Below are positions 13,400 through 26,400 of a stretch of DNA of 64,000 nucleotides, one piece after another. Both the position numbers and the translations under genes were made by a program. The stretch's first letter is position 1. The number at the start of each line of letters is the position of its first letter. Below the pieces are notes generated by a model that did no database searches, was not told the origin of the DNA, and saw nothing but the letters and a program-made list of their open reading frames with translations. The stretch comes from Lingula anatina. Taxonomy: Eukaryota; Animalia; Brachiopoda. The stretch spans positions 14,260,001 to 14,324,000 of the forward strand of contig CM120641.1 in NCBI GenBank assembly GCA_051362555.1, read 5' to 3'.

Positions 13400-14130
13400 T
13401 TGTAAAGCCCATTATTATTTTGTATCATAAACTAAAGCTTTACATCATCATTGCTGGTAATGTAACTACTGAAAGCATAACTTCTAAAACCTCCAAACCA
13501 AAAGCCAGATATAAATAAAAATGATACAAAACCCTGCCCCAAAGCAAATTCAGATGAATGATGTGTCATAATTACGGAACGATAGTGAGAATTGAAAGTT
13601 TGATAACAGGTTTTTAAATCCTGTGCCTTCGAAACATTTAGGGACTGCAGGGCACGCCAGGAATCAAGTTAAAAAACATTTATATGCAGGTAAAAATAGA
13701 ATTACATCACCCCAGGAAAGAGCCCTCCATGGATAAACTACTGATAAATACATGTAGTTCATATTATTAAAATGATTTAAAGATTATGTTAGGACATATC
13801 ATGAAAGAGGGCTCACACAGGTAGGGCCTTAAAACAGCTCTTGAAGCCCACCTGCTGCTGAACTGTTGTTAAAATGAGAGAACCTTGTCACTGATAAATT
13901 ATATTGGGGATTAAAGGATTCAAAAGAACTTCAGTACTTCATCTTTAAGCAATAAGGGGCTGCAAAACTGTATGACACATTCTTGAAATTAGTTCACAGG
14001 TTTTAAAAATACTAACTTTCATTGAACAGTAATGTTTCTACACGCTGACAAAACTTGAGACATTCCTGTCCAAATGAGTATTTACAGCATAAAGTAAAAT
14101 GAGTGTCTTGAATAAGTGATGTCTTTAGGT
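13400..14130 (+). mobile_element. Possible decayed L1/Tx1-like LINE fragment
   Basis: Relic motifs in order: IIIAGNV (GDFN-like, ~13445), PGKSP (KSPG.DG-like, ~13712) and AKLYDT (KAFD-like, ~13962). Heavily deleted and frameshifted. Confidence 0.3.
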
Positions 14131-15899
14131 GCTTAAAAATGTAAAAGAGACCTAACTACCCCTTTCCCCAAACCAAAAAAAAATTCACACAGGTAATAAA
14201 AAAAATCCTTTAGAAGACCCTGGAAAGAGGTGTGCACCCACACTGCTGGCAGATTAACAGTTGTAGGCAGGTGCCCAATAATTACAAGGCAGCTAGGTGA
14301 GAAGTATAGCATACCAGCCACTGATGATAAGTTAAAGAGGTGTCCAGGCGAGTGCCCTAGGGAATTCGCCCAGGTTCATCATGCCTTAGGTTAAACTTAA
14401 TCATTGCTATAAATATATTAATGTATAGCAATGGTGGTATGATGTACAGGTAAATCCTTTGTGTAGATATCAAAGTGTGATGAACACAAGTTGAAGAAGT
14501 TGAAGAGGTTAGCATCAACCAGTAAAATTAATGCACCCCTCCCCTCCTTTAAATGCTCAAAATAAATAATGATATCAACAACAAATGAATTAAAATAATG
14601 AATATTTCACAATTAGCATTAATAAGTGAAACCCTGATTATCTTAATCATTACTCAAAATTATCTTTGTTCTGTAAACTTTCCTCTCACTACATTTCAGC
14701 CAAATATATCTGCATGAAAGATCTGGTCATTATACATGCAGAAACAGTTCTTGAAATTCTTTACATCTGTCTGCAGCAGGTATTAATCAATATTCTTATA
14801 TACTACTTCATTGCATCAGTCAGTTTTATTACTTCAGTAGCCCAGTGACTGTTACCATATTTGACATACAGTGCAGCTGCAGTGAAAAATTTTGGATGAA
14901 GTTTTTGTTAAACAAAAGTCGCATGAATAGGATGGTACAGAAATATGTGTTTCAAGCAGAACTAAGCAAAAGAAAGTTATCCTTCTCAAGGTGTTCAGTA
15001 GAACAAGATTAAGGCCATAGCTGGGGGTCGGGAGTTGGAAAAACCACCCTTTTTGCTGGGAAAAGGTCTGCTCTGAGTAACAATTGATCAAGGTAAATGA
15101 AGGTTTCATTTTAAAAGATCCACTTTTTCTGAAATAGTCACACACACACCCCCCCCCCCCCCCATACCCCCTTTGAAAATGCCAGCTAGGCCTAGAAATA
15201 AACATCTGGATGTCCAGTTGGGGGAGCTAACATATTTTATAGTTTTTATATCAAAATAAAAGTCTAGTGTTTCAGAAATCTGGAAATATTTGCCTAGCAA
15301 TATGCAAATATAGACATGAATGGGTTTCACTCCTTTTGTCCACTTAAGATTTAAATTTGATTTCAGTTAATATCTTGTTTGTGAAGGCAAAAACATATTT
15401 CACCATAAATTTTGTGCTTCAGTGCAAATTACAAGACCTACATGTGTGAATGCTGGAATCAACAATGGAATAAAAATAATCTATCATGCAATAATAGTAA
15501 TTTGAGCTGAAAAATGGATTGTTGACTTATTTTGTTTATATCAAGTTTCCAAAACAACGTAGAAAAAACATTTGTTTTTTCTATTCATCATATTTAATGA
15601 GTAAGACCTACAGTATAAGCCCACCCTTCCGTCTTTTGGTGAAAAATGTGCGCACATGTTAAGCTTGAAAAAGTTCTGGAGGTTTCTTGAAGCTTGACTC
15701 AAACACCTATATATGTATTTAAGTCTAATTCTTTAAAATTCTCATTATTTTTAATAACATTATGTTTCTTTTAATAAGCAGCAAAATAATGCAAATTTAA
15801 ATTTTTTTCTTTGAAAAACAACACTTTTTATGAGCCTAGACTATCTCAGATAAGTGATGAATATGTATCAACTTTGTTTTTGCTCATTAACACGGAACA

Positions 15900-16311
15900 A
15901 GATGCTTTTGTTGAGACTTGATTTTACGTGTCCGTCTTGCATTCAGGTTGACTGACAGATTGGCGTCGCCACTAGCCGGTTTTGTGCTCTTTGAAGACAG
16001 GAAAAGCCCATCACAAAAATAAACTTAAGTTTGTAAAGACATATCTAATATTTATCTGTTTTTCTTTGAGATTTATAAAAATAATGTACTCACAGATTCA
16101 CAAGTGATACAATTACTTATCTGAGCCTTTATGAGATCGAAACCAATAAGCTCGTCATGGGGAAATACGCGGGAAATTCCGTGATGGCGACTACCAAACA
16201 CTAACCTGAAAACATACAAGTACGTTTTCCTGATGTGGTGATTAGTAATGATTCTGTGCTCTTTTTCAACATAAATCTGCAATAACGCATTTCAGACGCA
16301 AAAACAAAAAC
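15900..16311 (+). promoter_or_regulatory. CpG-enriched CHTF18 promoter / 5' UTR region
   Basis: Local cluster of CpGs in otherwise CpG-poor DNA, immediately upstream of the ATG. Probable short 5'-UTR intron (donor GTACGT ~16220, acceptor TTTCAG ending 16295). Confidence 0.45.
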
Positions 16312-19300
16312 ATGGAGGAGGATTTTGAAGCCATGTTTGCTGACGAACTGGAAATGATGAATGAGATGGACGGTGCGTACATGTAATTACCTCAACTGCC
16401 ATATGTAACAATGCTAACACATAGTTTCCCATGTTAGAATGTCGCCAAATGTAGGGAATAAAGTGCAGCATTGTTTGTAAGTAATAAAGTATTCATTTCA
16501 ATGTTAATTCACGTAGTTTAACTGTTAGCTTCCTTCTAGTGTTACTACTAGTAGTAGTACTAACGTACGTTTACTTTGATACTTGCATGTGGCGACTTCA
16601 TACATTTTTAAGTTTGGAATTTCTGGTAGGTGATATGACTGAAATATTATGAAGAAATATATTTTAGTATATTAAGCAACACTGTGTGATCGAGAAAAAT
16701 GCATCATATCATTTACAGATTATGAACCATATCCTAAGTCAAAAAGAAGTCTGGCTTTCACTCCATCTAAAGGAACTGGCAAAGACCCAGTGGACCTCAA
16801 TGACAGCATACTGACACCTTTGGACAGTCCAAGTGAAAATACAGGCATGTGTTATGTCCAGTCATGGCCAAACTTGACAGCTAATTCTGGCCTAACACCC
16901 TACAGTATCTGTACCCAGTAGTGAGCAGTTTTACAGGCTATTTCCAAATTTGTGCATTTATTGACAAGGGATAACTTCTAACACACCACTCTGATATGTT
17001 CATAATTTTAAGTTGTCAGCTGACTTTTTGAGCTTTTCTTACAATATTTTGGGCCTGCACAATCTAGGCAGGGCTTTGCAATATCCATATTTTAGAAGAC
17101 CCCTAAGCCTGCAATGATTTTGCCCTGCCTGTTACATATACCCAGTACATATCAACCTATAGTGCATTTGCAAGTTCATGAAAAATTTCCATGCTTATAC
17201 TTGTATATAAAATATAAGTCAAATGCTTTAAAAAAACTCTTGCTAAATTATTAATTCAGCAAACTTGGAAAGTACGTTTTTTTATACCTGCAAATTCTTC
17301 ATCGATCTGGTTAAAATCACTATAACTGGAAAAAGAAAAAGGCTAAAAGTAATGTAAAAATCACAATCATAACTTTTTGTTTCAGATCTGTCCAACAAAA
17401 GGAAAAAGAGAGAAAAGGATGTCTTTGGTGATTTGTCAGATTCTGATGGTGATGTTGAGGAGGCTTTGCCCAAGATAGGTTAGTCTGAGGCTTTATAAGA
17501 GATTGAGTTTCATTTAGCCAAGAGATCTTTGGTAGTAATTTTCTCTTACAAAAAATCTTTTCATTTCTGTGATTATTGTCTTATCTATTCTCTGTGGAAG
17601 TAGTAACAAAATAAGAATACGATTCTCAAAGGACTGAAAAATTGGAATATAAAAGGTAAAAAGTTTTATATGCCACTGGAATGAAATTTTGTTACTGAAA
17701 GTACATTAACTATGAAATCATCATTGGATAAACTGAGATAGATTCGAGTTTGTTTTGTCAATTTTTGTTAGTGCAAAATAAAAAAAATTGCAACTGCATC
17801 AATAATTATCATGCTGTATTATAACCTTTTGATTACAGCTCCACAAAGAAAGAGAGTCAAATTATCCCCTCAAAAATCGCTTTCCATACCCAAAAATCGA
17901 CCCGAACCAGGTTTAGATGATTTTGAAATCACGCCCCCTCCATCTCCAACCCTTGTTTTGGAGAAACGCATCTTAGCCCAAAGAAACAAAACTACAACCA
18001 GTATCTTGGCAGAGCCAACAAACAGCAGGGATGCTTACCAAACCCGAGTGCTTAATAGTAAGTAAACCAACAGGCATTTAATTGAACCGTTCTCTGTAGA
18101 ACTTAACATTTTGATTTATTTTCATATAGTCTTAGGCTGTATTCCCAGAGCTTTTAGATCGATCTATCCCCGCGGGGAGTCTCACTAGATTACTGTCAGA
18201 TAATCCGGCTTAAATGTCCGTCCCGCCTACTACAAGCTGTAAGGGGGTAATTAACTTTCGTGTCCGCTCAGCTGACAGCTATTTAGCATGAACCCCCAGG
18301 GAGTTAGGTCGATCTAAAGTAGATCGATCTAATCTCTGGAAATGGGGTCTTAATGCAATGCAAAATTGTAAGCTACATTTTCAGGATTTGCAGTTTTTAC
18401 AACTTTTGCCCATGCATATTAGGGTGTATGGTGGTAAAGCAAAGTGTATAAAATAAAGAAGATGGAAAAATAAAACATTTGAAATAATAGGATTTTTTTT
18501 CTGGTATTTGGTTATTGGATGCCGGAGGATTAAGTAGATTAAAAAATGCACACATCATATTGTTTTAGGTTATGATTACGACCGTCCCAGAGTGTTCAGA
18601 AGAATTCCTGCTGGGAATTTTATATCTGTAACAGGGGTTGATGGAACAAGAGCCTACATGAAAGTGAAAGAAGATAGTATATTGACAAAAGAGGTATATA
18701 TTCTGATGGAATAGTAAAGTATAAAGTTTATTAAGCTGAATGCCAGTGAGGTCTATCAGGCAATATTTGGTTATGGTTGTTATACATTTTCATAACATTG
18801 AGATTAAAGATGCAAAAATGATGTAGATTAGAGTTTGTGTGGTTGGGAAATCCAGATATTTATGTGGTCAGTGGTTGGTTGCATTTTCCAAATTTAAGGT
18901 CCACACAATTTTATTTTGTATCAGGAGGATGCAGCTTTTTCTGCGACCAGTTCACACTTGCTGGGAATGTCCTTTGAAGCACTGAAGGATCAAGTGGAAC
19001 AAGAGGTAGAACAGGACACCATTAACTTTTTTTATTCAATGTATATTTTTTTATTGCTTAATCTTTATTTTTAAACATGAGATTGAATTTTTGTTGATTA
19101 CATGTATTAATTATGAATTATTTTATTGTCAGACTTTAAACTTCCAGATGTTTTTTAATGATTTTTATGGAAATTATCATTTCAGAGGAGAAACAGAGTA
19201 ATTGAAGAATCAATAAGACTGACTAATCAGCTTAACAGGTTGGTAATTGTTTTAAAACTTTGGATGTTTTTTGGTTAGAATGATGAACAGATATTTGTAT

Positions 19301-22300
19301 ATATCTGTTTTATATCTAGATACAGGTTTAATTTAGTGGCCATCTTCACTTTAAAAATGTGTGCAGTATTATCATATTATTTTTTACAGGGCATTTGACA
19401 CAGATCTTGGTTTGGATGATGAGTTAACAAGTGATTTGCCTGAAAGCCATGACATGCTTGATAAAGAAGTGGAAAGTGATGGAGATATGAAGCATGAGCT
19501 GTGGGTAGAACAATACAGACCCCGTCAATATACACAGCTCTTGAGTGATGAGGTACCCACTCTTTTGAGAAACGATGTGCACTTATTTCAACTTTAATGG
19601 GAACACCTGTTGGTGTTTATAGATGTATACGTATAAGATTTTCTTTAAAGCTGGTAATTATCATTTTAATTTCAATCTGTGTATATTTTTTCTCGTGTGC
19701 TTTTTCTCATTGACATTGTTATTTGATGAATTTTGGTTGAACCTTGGTAGACAGGGAATGGGATTAAAAATGATATATTTCAGTAACTGCTGGTGCCTGA
19801 GAAACCCCTCTAAATCTTTATATAGACTCCAGAAATACTTTCAGGGTGGAGTTGAAAAATTACTAGCACTTCCGAGTTGTTGCATTTTTTTTTCCTCACA
19901 CACACACATGCAAGCAAGCAAATTGCAGTATGCATATACACTTTTTATCCTTAATTCAGAATCTTTTATTTTATTTCCATTTTGCAGAGCACTAACAGAA
20001 CATTGCTGCACTGGCTGAAGTTGTGGGACCATGTTGTGTTTGGAAAGGAGAAGAAAGTTCCTAAAGCAAAGCAAGAAGAAAAGAGCAAAAAAGATGTCAA
20101 GAAAAAGAACTTTAAAAAGCACGAGGAAGTGACAGAGGATTTGGACAAACTAGGAAGGCCAATACAGAAGGTATTTTCAGATAAGAGAATTTAAATTGGA
20201 AGAAATATGAAATATTTTCATTTTTTTTTTTTTTTTTTTAAACTATTTAAGTCACTGGTAAAAACTGTCTCTAATGTGATTGTTGGCCTTGCAATATTAT
20301 TGGCAGATGCCAAAGTCATAAGTCATGGGTGTTTTTTAAAATGATCAGTATGTGATTTTAAGAATAACTCTATTATATGTGTTGAATTTTTATAATGGTG
20401 AATAATTTGTTAAATTTCAGATAGCTTTGCTGTGTGGTCCCCCAGGTCTCGGTAAGACCACTTTGGCCCATGTAATTGCAAGCCATGCTGGGTATAATGT
20501 AGTTGAGATGAATGCCAGGTAAGACGGGTTGACCCCATATTTCTGACTAAGGGCTCATTACCTTAAACATTATGGGTCTGTGTCGATGAACTCTGTGGGA
20601 ATTCTCACTGAGAGCGATCAGCTTAACAGATTAACGCACCTTCTGGCATTAAGTAGAAAACAGAAAAGCTGGTGATTATACGAGTACATTGAAAACAAAA
20701 GGAGGCATTCCATTCAGTTAAGCTGATTGAACTTAGCAATGTCCACACAGAGTTGGGTCGATCCACATAGACCAGTGGTGTCTTTATGAGAATGAGGTCT
20801 AAATCTCTTTGGCCAATGGACAGTTTAGTGAACTGACTTTTCTTCAGTATCAGAGATTAATTTTTGACTATCAGACAGGTGTGATCCTTTTGAATATGAG
20901 GAAAAAACTGTTAGCTTAAAACTAATGACGGAAGCATGGATCACTTCACTCTGGTTTGGTTGAGATTTAATTTTCAGTCATAAGCAAAATGGAGAACAGA
21001 AAAAAGTTTTTGAATGCTTAAGTGTGCAAGTTTGCTCTAATAATAAGTTATGATCATCTTAGCATCTTGTATTTCTTGTATATTGCAGTGATGACCGATC
21101 TCCGGAATTATTTAAGAATAAGATAGAATCTGCCACCCAAATGAAAGCAGTAATGGGAGCAGACCCAAGGCCGAACTGTCTGGTCATTGATGAGATTGAT
21201 GGTGCTCCTTCTGTAAGAAAAACATAAATTAGCCGTCTTTCTCCTGATTAAACAGGCACAATATTTCATTTAATTCGCCTACTGCTTATATTTCTTTAGT
21301 AGACTAAAATTTAGTCTAAAAGTTTAGAATTTTTTATAGATCTTTTGTGGAACAGGTGTATGGATTCATCTTACTTTTAAAAAAAATCACATGCTAGCCA
21401 GGACTTCACTTCTAAACAACAATTTTAGTTCTGTCCTTGGTCATCCAGAGTAGTTTTTAACAGTGTTAAATATTTACAAATGCTAATGTGATATTGGCTG
21501 GAAATTATGCTTTGTAATCAGTTGTTAGTATTAGTGACTTTCAAACACCTTTAATTTTATTATTTATTTTTATTTATTCATTTTCCCCTTAATATATATT
21601 TAATTTTGTTATTATTATTATTTTTTATTTTAGCAATCTATCAATATTTTGATGTCATTCATCAAAGGTGAAGAAAAGGTCACCAAGAAGAAAAAGAAGA
21701 GTGAACGGATTCTGTTAAGACCTGTTATCTGTGTTTGTAATGATTTGTAAGTCTTTCTATTATTCTTCATGACACAATTCTTATGAAGAAATGTGGATTG
21801 AATCTAGATACTTGTGCTTTGTTTGATTTTGGTATAATAAATGGCATTTTGTCTTGAAAAATATGTATTACCTAGAATTCCAATTTTTCTTAACCTATAA
21901 CAGTAGTGCCACTGAAATATCAATACACCTTTCTTTTCTACCTGTCTGATGCATCGTTTAAGAGTAACAATATGTTTGTTTCAGGTATGTGCCTGCTCTG
22001 AGGACATTACGACAAAATGCCCTGGTTTTACACTTCCCTCCCACTGCCTCTGCCCAGCTGGCTTCTAGATTACTAGAGGTATGTTGAGTCTGAGTCTGCT
22101 TGCTGGTAATGTATTGATCCCCCCCCCCCCCCCCCCCCCCCCTTTTACACATGTGTTTTTAAAAAAATTGATGATTTTTGACCACACTGATTAGTGTTTG
22201 ATATCTGTTCATTGTTATGGAATTGAAAATAAATTAGAATTATATTAGGTGGATTATAAAAAAGGTAACTAGTGATTTTGTAATTTTTATTTAAAGAAGC

Positions 22301-23410
22301 TCTGAGAAGTTTTTAATTGGCTTTTTCTGCACTGTCACCAATAAACTACAATGATTATGGTTACAGACATTTATAAACATGATATTTATTTAGTCTTTGT
22401 CCAATTTAAGCATATCTTAGCTTGGTGTAGAACAAACAAATGAAATAACTACATTTGCAGTGTGTTCTCTTTCAGATTAGTAGAATGAATAAAATCCGTA
22501 CAGACATGTCTGCCTTGCTCCAGCTGTGTGAGAAGACCAATAATGACATCAGATCCTGTCTGAACACGCTGCAGGTATGTGGCTGTCAAATAATGACATC
22601 AGATCTTGTCTGAACACGCTGCAGGTATATGGCTGTCAAATTGGCTGAGTACACAACTAGACTAAGTTAAACCCAAAATCAAAAACATCTTAACTGACAT
22701 GAACAGATGACCAGTTTGATTTAAGGTGGGGATCTGAACTTTTTAGACAAGATGAGGTTACCCAGGTAATCCGGTCACATGGTGATGTAAGTTGGTCAAC
22801 TCGCTGTCTGAGTTAGTTCTGTTTTGGACACAACCATTCACAGCACATTTTGTACAATATCATTTCCACCCAGGTTAGTCATTCTTTCATCATAACACCC
22901 TGCAGGTGGTATTAGAGTGAACAGAGACCTTTTTTTCACATCTAATGCTAAACCCATACTTACATGTACACTTATATAACACCTTTGAATGCTGGATGTC
23001 TCCCTGTCAAAGTATGCCATGGTGTGGCGTTGAAAAAGGTCAAATTGTCATGTAAAAGGTGTCAAATCTTTTCACCAAGATAACATTACAAGCAAATGTT
23101 ATTGATTAGCTGATATTGGCCTTAAATGCATTCTCTGAGGTTTTGTAAAATTTCTTGTCGGAGCATTGTACAGGTAATGTGATATCTTATAGCTCCTAAC
23201 ATGACACAGGTATGTGTAAAGTGTTTAAGTGACCCAGTCATCCGGCAATCTGACATAATCATGAGAACACAGCACAGGTGACATGACATCATGTTTGATG
23301 TATGAAGAATTAAGTAATGTCCACAAGGTATCTTACTGTTGATGTGTAATGTTGCCAGGTCATGTTTCACCTTGATTAAATTGCATAATTACGTCTCTCT
23401 TTCTCCCCTC

Positions 23411-23447
<37 letters not shown>

Positions 23448-26400
23448 AAAAACATATTGATGTTTTTGACTTGATTCTAATCCTGATTACATGACTTCAT
23501 TTTTTTCCCTCACATTTATTTACTTTGTATATCAAAAAATAAGGAACTGCAATTCAACTCATGTCTTTCCATGTGTTCAGTTCGTCCAGAGGCAGAAGAA
23601 GGAACTGACCATGTCCAGTGTCCAGTCATTGAGTGTAGGACAGAAGGATGCTCACAAAAGTCTCTTCTCTGTTTGGCAGGATATATTTCAAATGCCTAAA
23701 CCTAAAAGGTGGAACATTTGATATCACTTATTATTTCACTTATTAATTCAATAACAAACAGTTTGATACAGCCAAAACTAAATGTACGTTGCATAGGTTG
23801 ATCATTTTTTTGTATACTTTGCATCTGCAATTGAAACATTTCAGGTTGAAACAAACAAACAAAAAACATTCATTAGAATACCTTTCATCCAGTATAAAAC
23901 TGGTGGTATTAATTCATTTTTAGGAAAAGATTTGTCAATCCCCATGAGCGTGGAAGTGTTCAAGAAATGCAAGATCTCTTAGCACAGAACAATACATCCA
24001 CATCAGGAAGGTAAGCCAGGATATTGAAAGTACATTTAGAAAACAATAACTTTGGGAAATTTAACATGCAGTGAGTTTTGTGGAAAAAGTAAGAAAAAAA
24101 AGCACATTTGACATATAAACTTAATTTCATTTGTTGTGGAATTGTACCAAGCACTTCAACAAAGGTAATTTTATCCTCCATTAATTCCTGAGAAAATCTT
24201 CAATTCGTCTTGTTCGTACAGGTTTCAACACATCTATGAGGTTGCCATAGCAGCAGGAGACCATGAAAAAGTAACCCAGGGAATCTTTGAAAATTATTTA
24301 GAGATGAAAATTAAGGACCCAAGATTTGATGGGGTAAGGCATGTGATATTGTAGGATTTTATCTATAAAAGATTAATCGGGGTGCCTTTTTATATATTGG
24401 TAAGAATTTTTGATAAGTGTATTTCATGAATTATATTTTTGTCAGGCCTGTGTTTAAAGTGACCAATGACAGTTGTCAGTGACCATTTTACAAAAAAAAT
24501 TACGTATGTATTTGATTGTTATTTTATATATTATAATTACCTGCATTTTAATGAATCATAGCCAGCAAATTTGTAAAAATGATCTGTTGTTGTCTATATG
24601 TACTAAGTACATGTTAACTCACATATTATAGTTGACCCTGGCCAGTGAATGGCTGTGCTATACAGACCTGGTGAACCAGCAGATAGCTCACTCTCAGCTC
24701 TATATAATGATGCGCTACCTGCCATACCTTCCTGTGGTCTTCCACCTGCTGTTTGCTTCCACATCATACCCCAAGTTGTCTTATCCACACAGTCAATATG
24801 AGGTAAGGTTTAGGAATATCCCCCACATGGTCAGTATGAAATAAAGTTTGGGGATATCCCTCATACTGTCAGTATGAGGTTAAGTTTGGGGATATCCCTC
24901 ACATAGTCAGTCTGAGGGAAGGTTTAGGGACATTTCTAGGCTCGTACACACGTTTAATTTAATGAAATACTGTGGAAGATTGGGCAAAAGGAAGTATAAA
25001 AAGTTTTGTTATTTTTCTTCATCATTTTTATGTACAGACACAGATGTGTCTGTACATATTGCCATCACCTGCATCTGTCATCGCCGTCGATGTCGCCGTC
25101 GCCGTGCACTTTCAGCGTTAACACCATAAGTGGAAGACAGTTTTACTTTTTGGCTTTATATTTACAGAGCTGATGAATATTCATAAAACGCAGGTCAAGT
25201 TTGAAAATCAGCATGATAGGGCCATTATTGTAGAATTTATGCTGTTTTTTCACTTTTCAGCATATATGCAACACTGTTAACACATTTCAAAGAAAACCGA
25301 TAGGCCTGTTGTCATGAAACTCACAGGAGTAATCAATCTTACTGAAACGCAGGTCAAGTTCGAAAATCAGCATAATCGGGCCATTATTTTATAAGTTATG
25401 CTGTTTTTTCACATTTCTTCAGATTCCATTCTTAGGCATGTTAACAGTCTCATTATTTAATTAATAAGATACGTAAAAGTGTTTGTTTGACATTTCCTGC
25501 ATCTTTACAACATTGTTAGTTGATTATGTAAAAATGATGGTAAACTTGTTATCGTGTATTGTGTAATAAAGTGTCAAAAATGGAAATAAACTCATATCAT
25601 TGCAGTTTGTAAGATTCAATCATTCATTATGTTCAGAAACTCAGAATGGAGGAAATTGGACATTTGACACTGTTATATTGATATTTTTCACATCTCATCA
25701 ACTTTCTTAGTTGATCATATAAAAATGGCAGTAAACTTAATTTTGTTTTATGTTAGGCCACACTTTTTTAATTTTATGGATGACATCCTGCGCGCGCACC
25801 GATTTTCGTCCGTTCTCCAAAAAAAAAAAAAAAATCCCCCCCCCCCACCCCCCCCAAGGAAGTCGGTTGTCGCAAACATCGTTATTGAATTTGCCGGAAA
25901 ATGCAATCGGCAATCCTCGGCTAATTCCGCAAGCTCCATGCTGTCATTGTCGACTGCAGAGACATCTGAGTAGTTCCGAGTGCGGAAAATGAGCTTTCTG
26001 CGCATGCGTATTATCACCACGTGGAAATGTGGCCGCTTTGCCGTCAAATTCATCTCTAGCATTAATTTCAAAATACACGACAATTAAAGTAATAAAGAGA
26101 ACGGGGGCCGTCGTTTTGGATTGGTTTGCCATTGATATTGGACATGGAGATATCACCTTTTTACAATTATACGAAAGGCTGGCCGCGGCCAGCGATCATC
26201 GCCCGGAAAAATTCAGTGACATTCTGTCCAAAGCAGCACATAGGCTTACCAGGGATTTTTTTTGTAGCGAAAAAAGGGTCGACAAGAGCGTCATGGTATT
26301 TGGTGGACTGAAGGTCGGACAGGCCACCCAATAGTTGGCTGCTACGTGTGAGTCGAAGTAGACAAAATGGCATCGACCGAAATTACCTTTTTTAGATTTG

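Noticed and set aside
18135-18349. Idea that the MITE copy in the CpG-poor domain shows more CpG decay than the copy at 56284
   Set aside because: By-eye comparison gives similar CpG losses in both copies (about 3 vs 2), so it is uninformative.
24782-24933. Regular ~38-bp periodicity superficially like a CRISPR array
   Set aside because: Head-to-tail units with no unique spacers, eukaryotic intron context and no cas genes.
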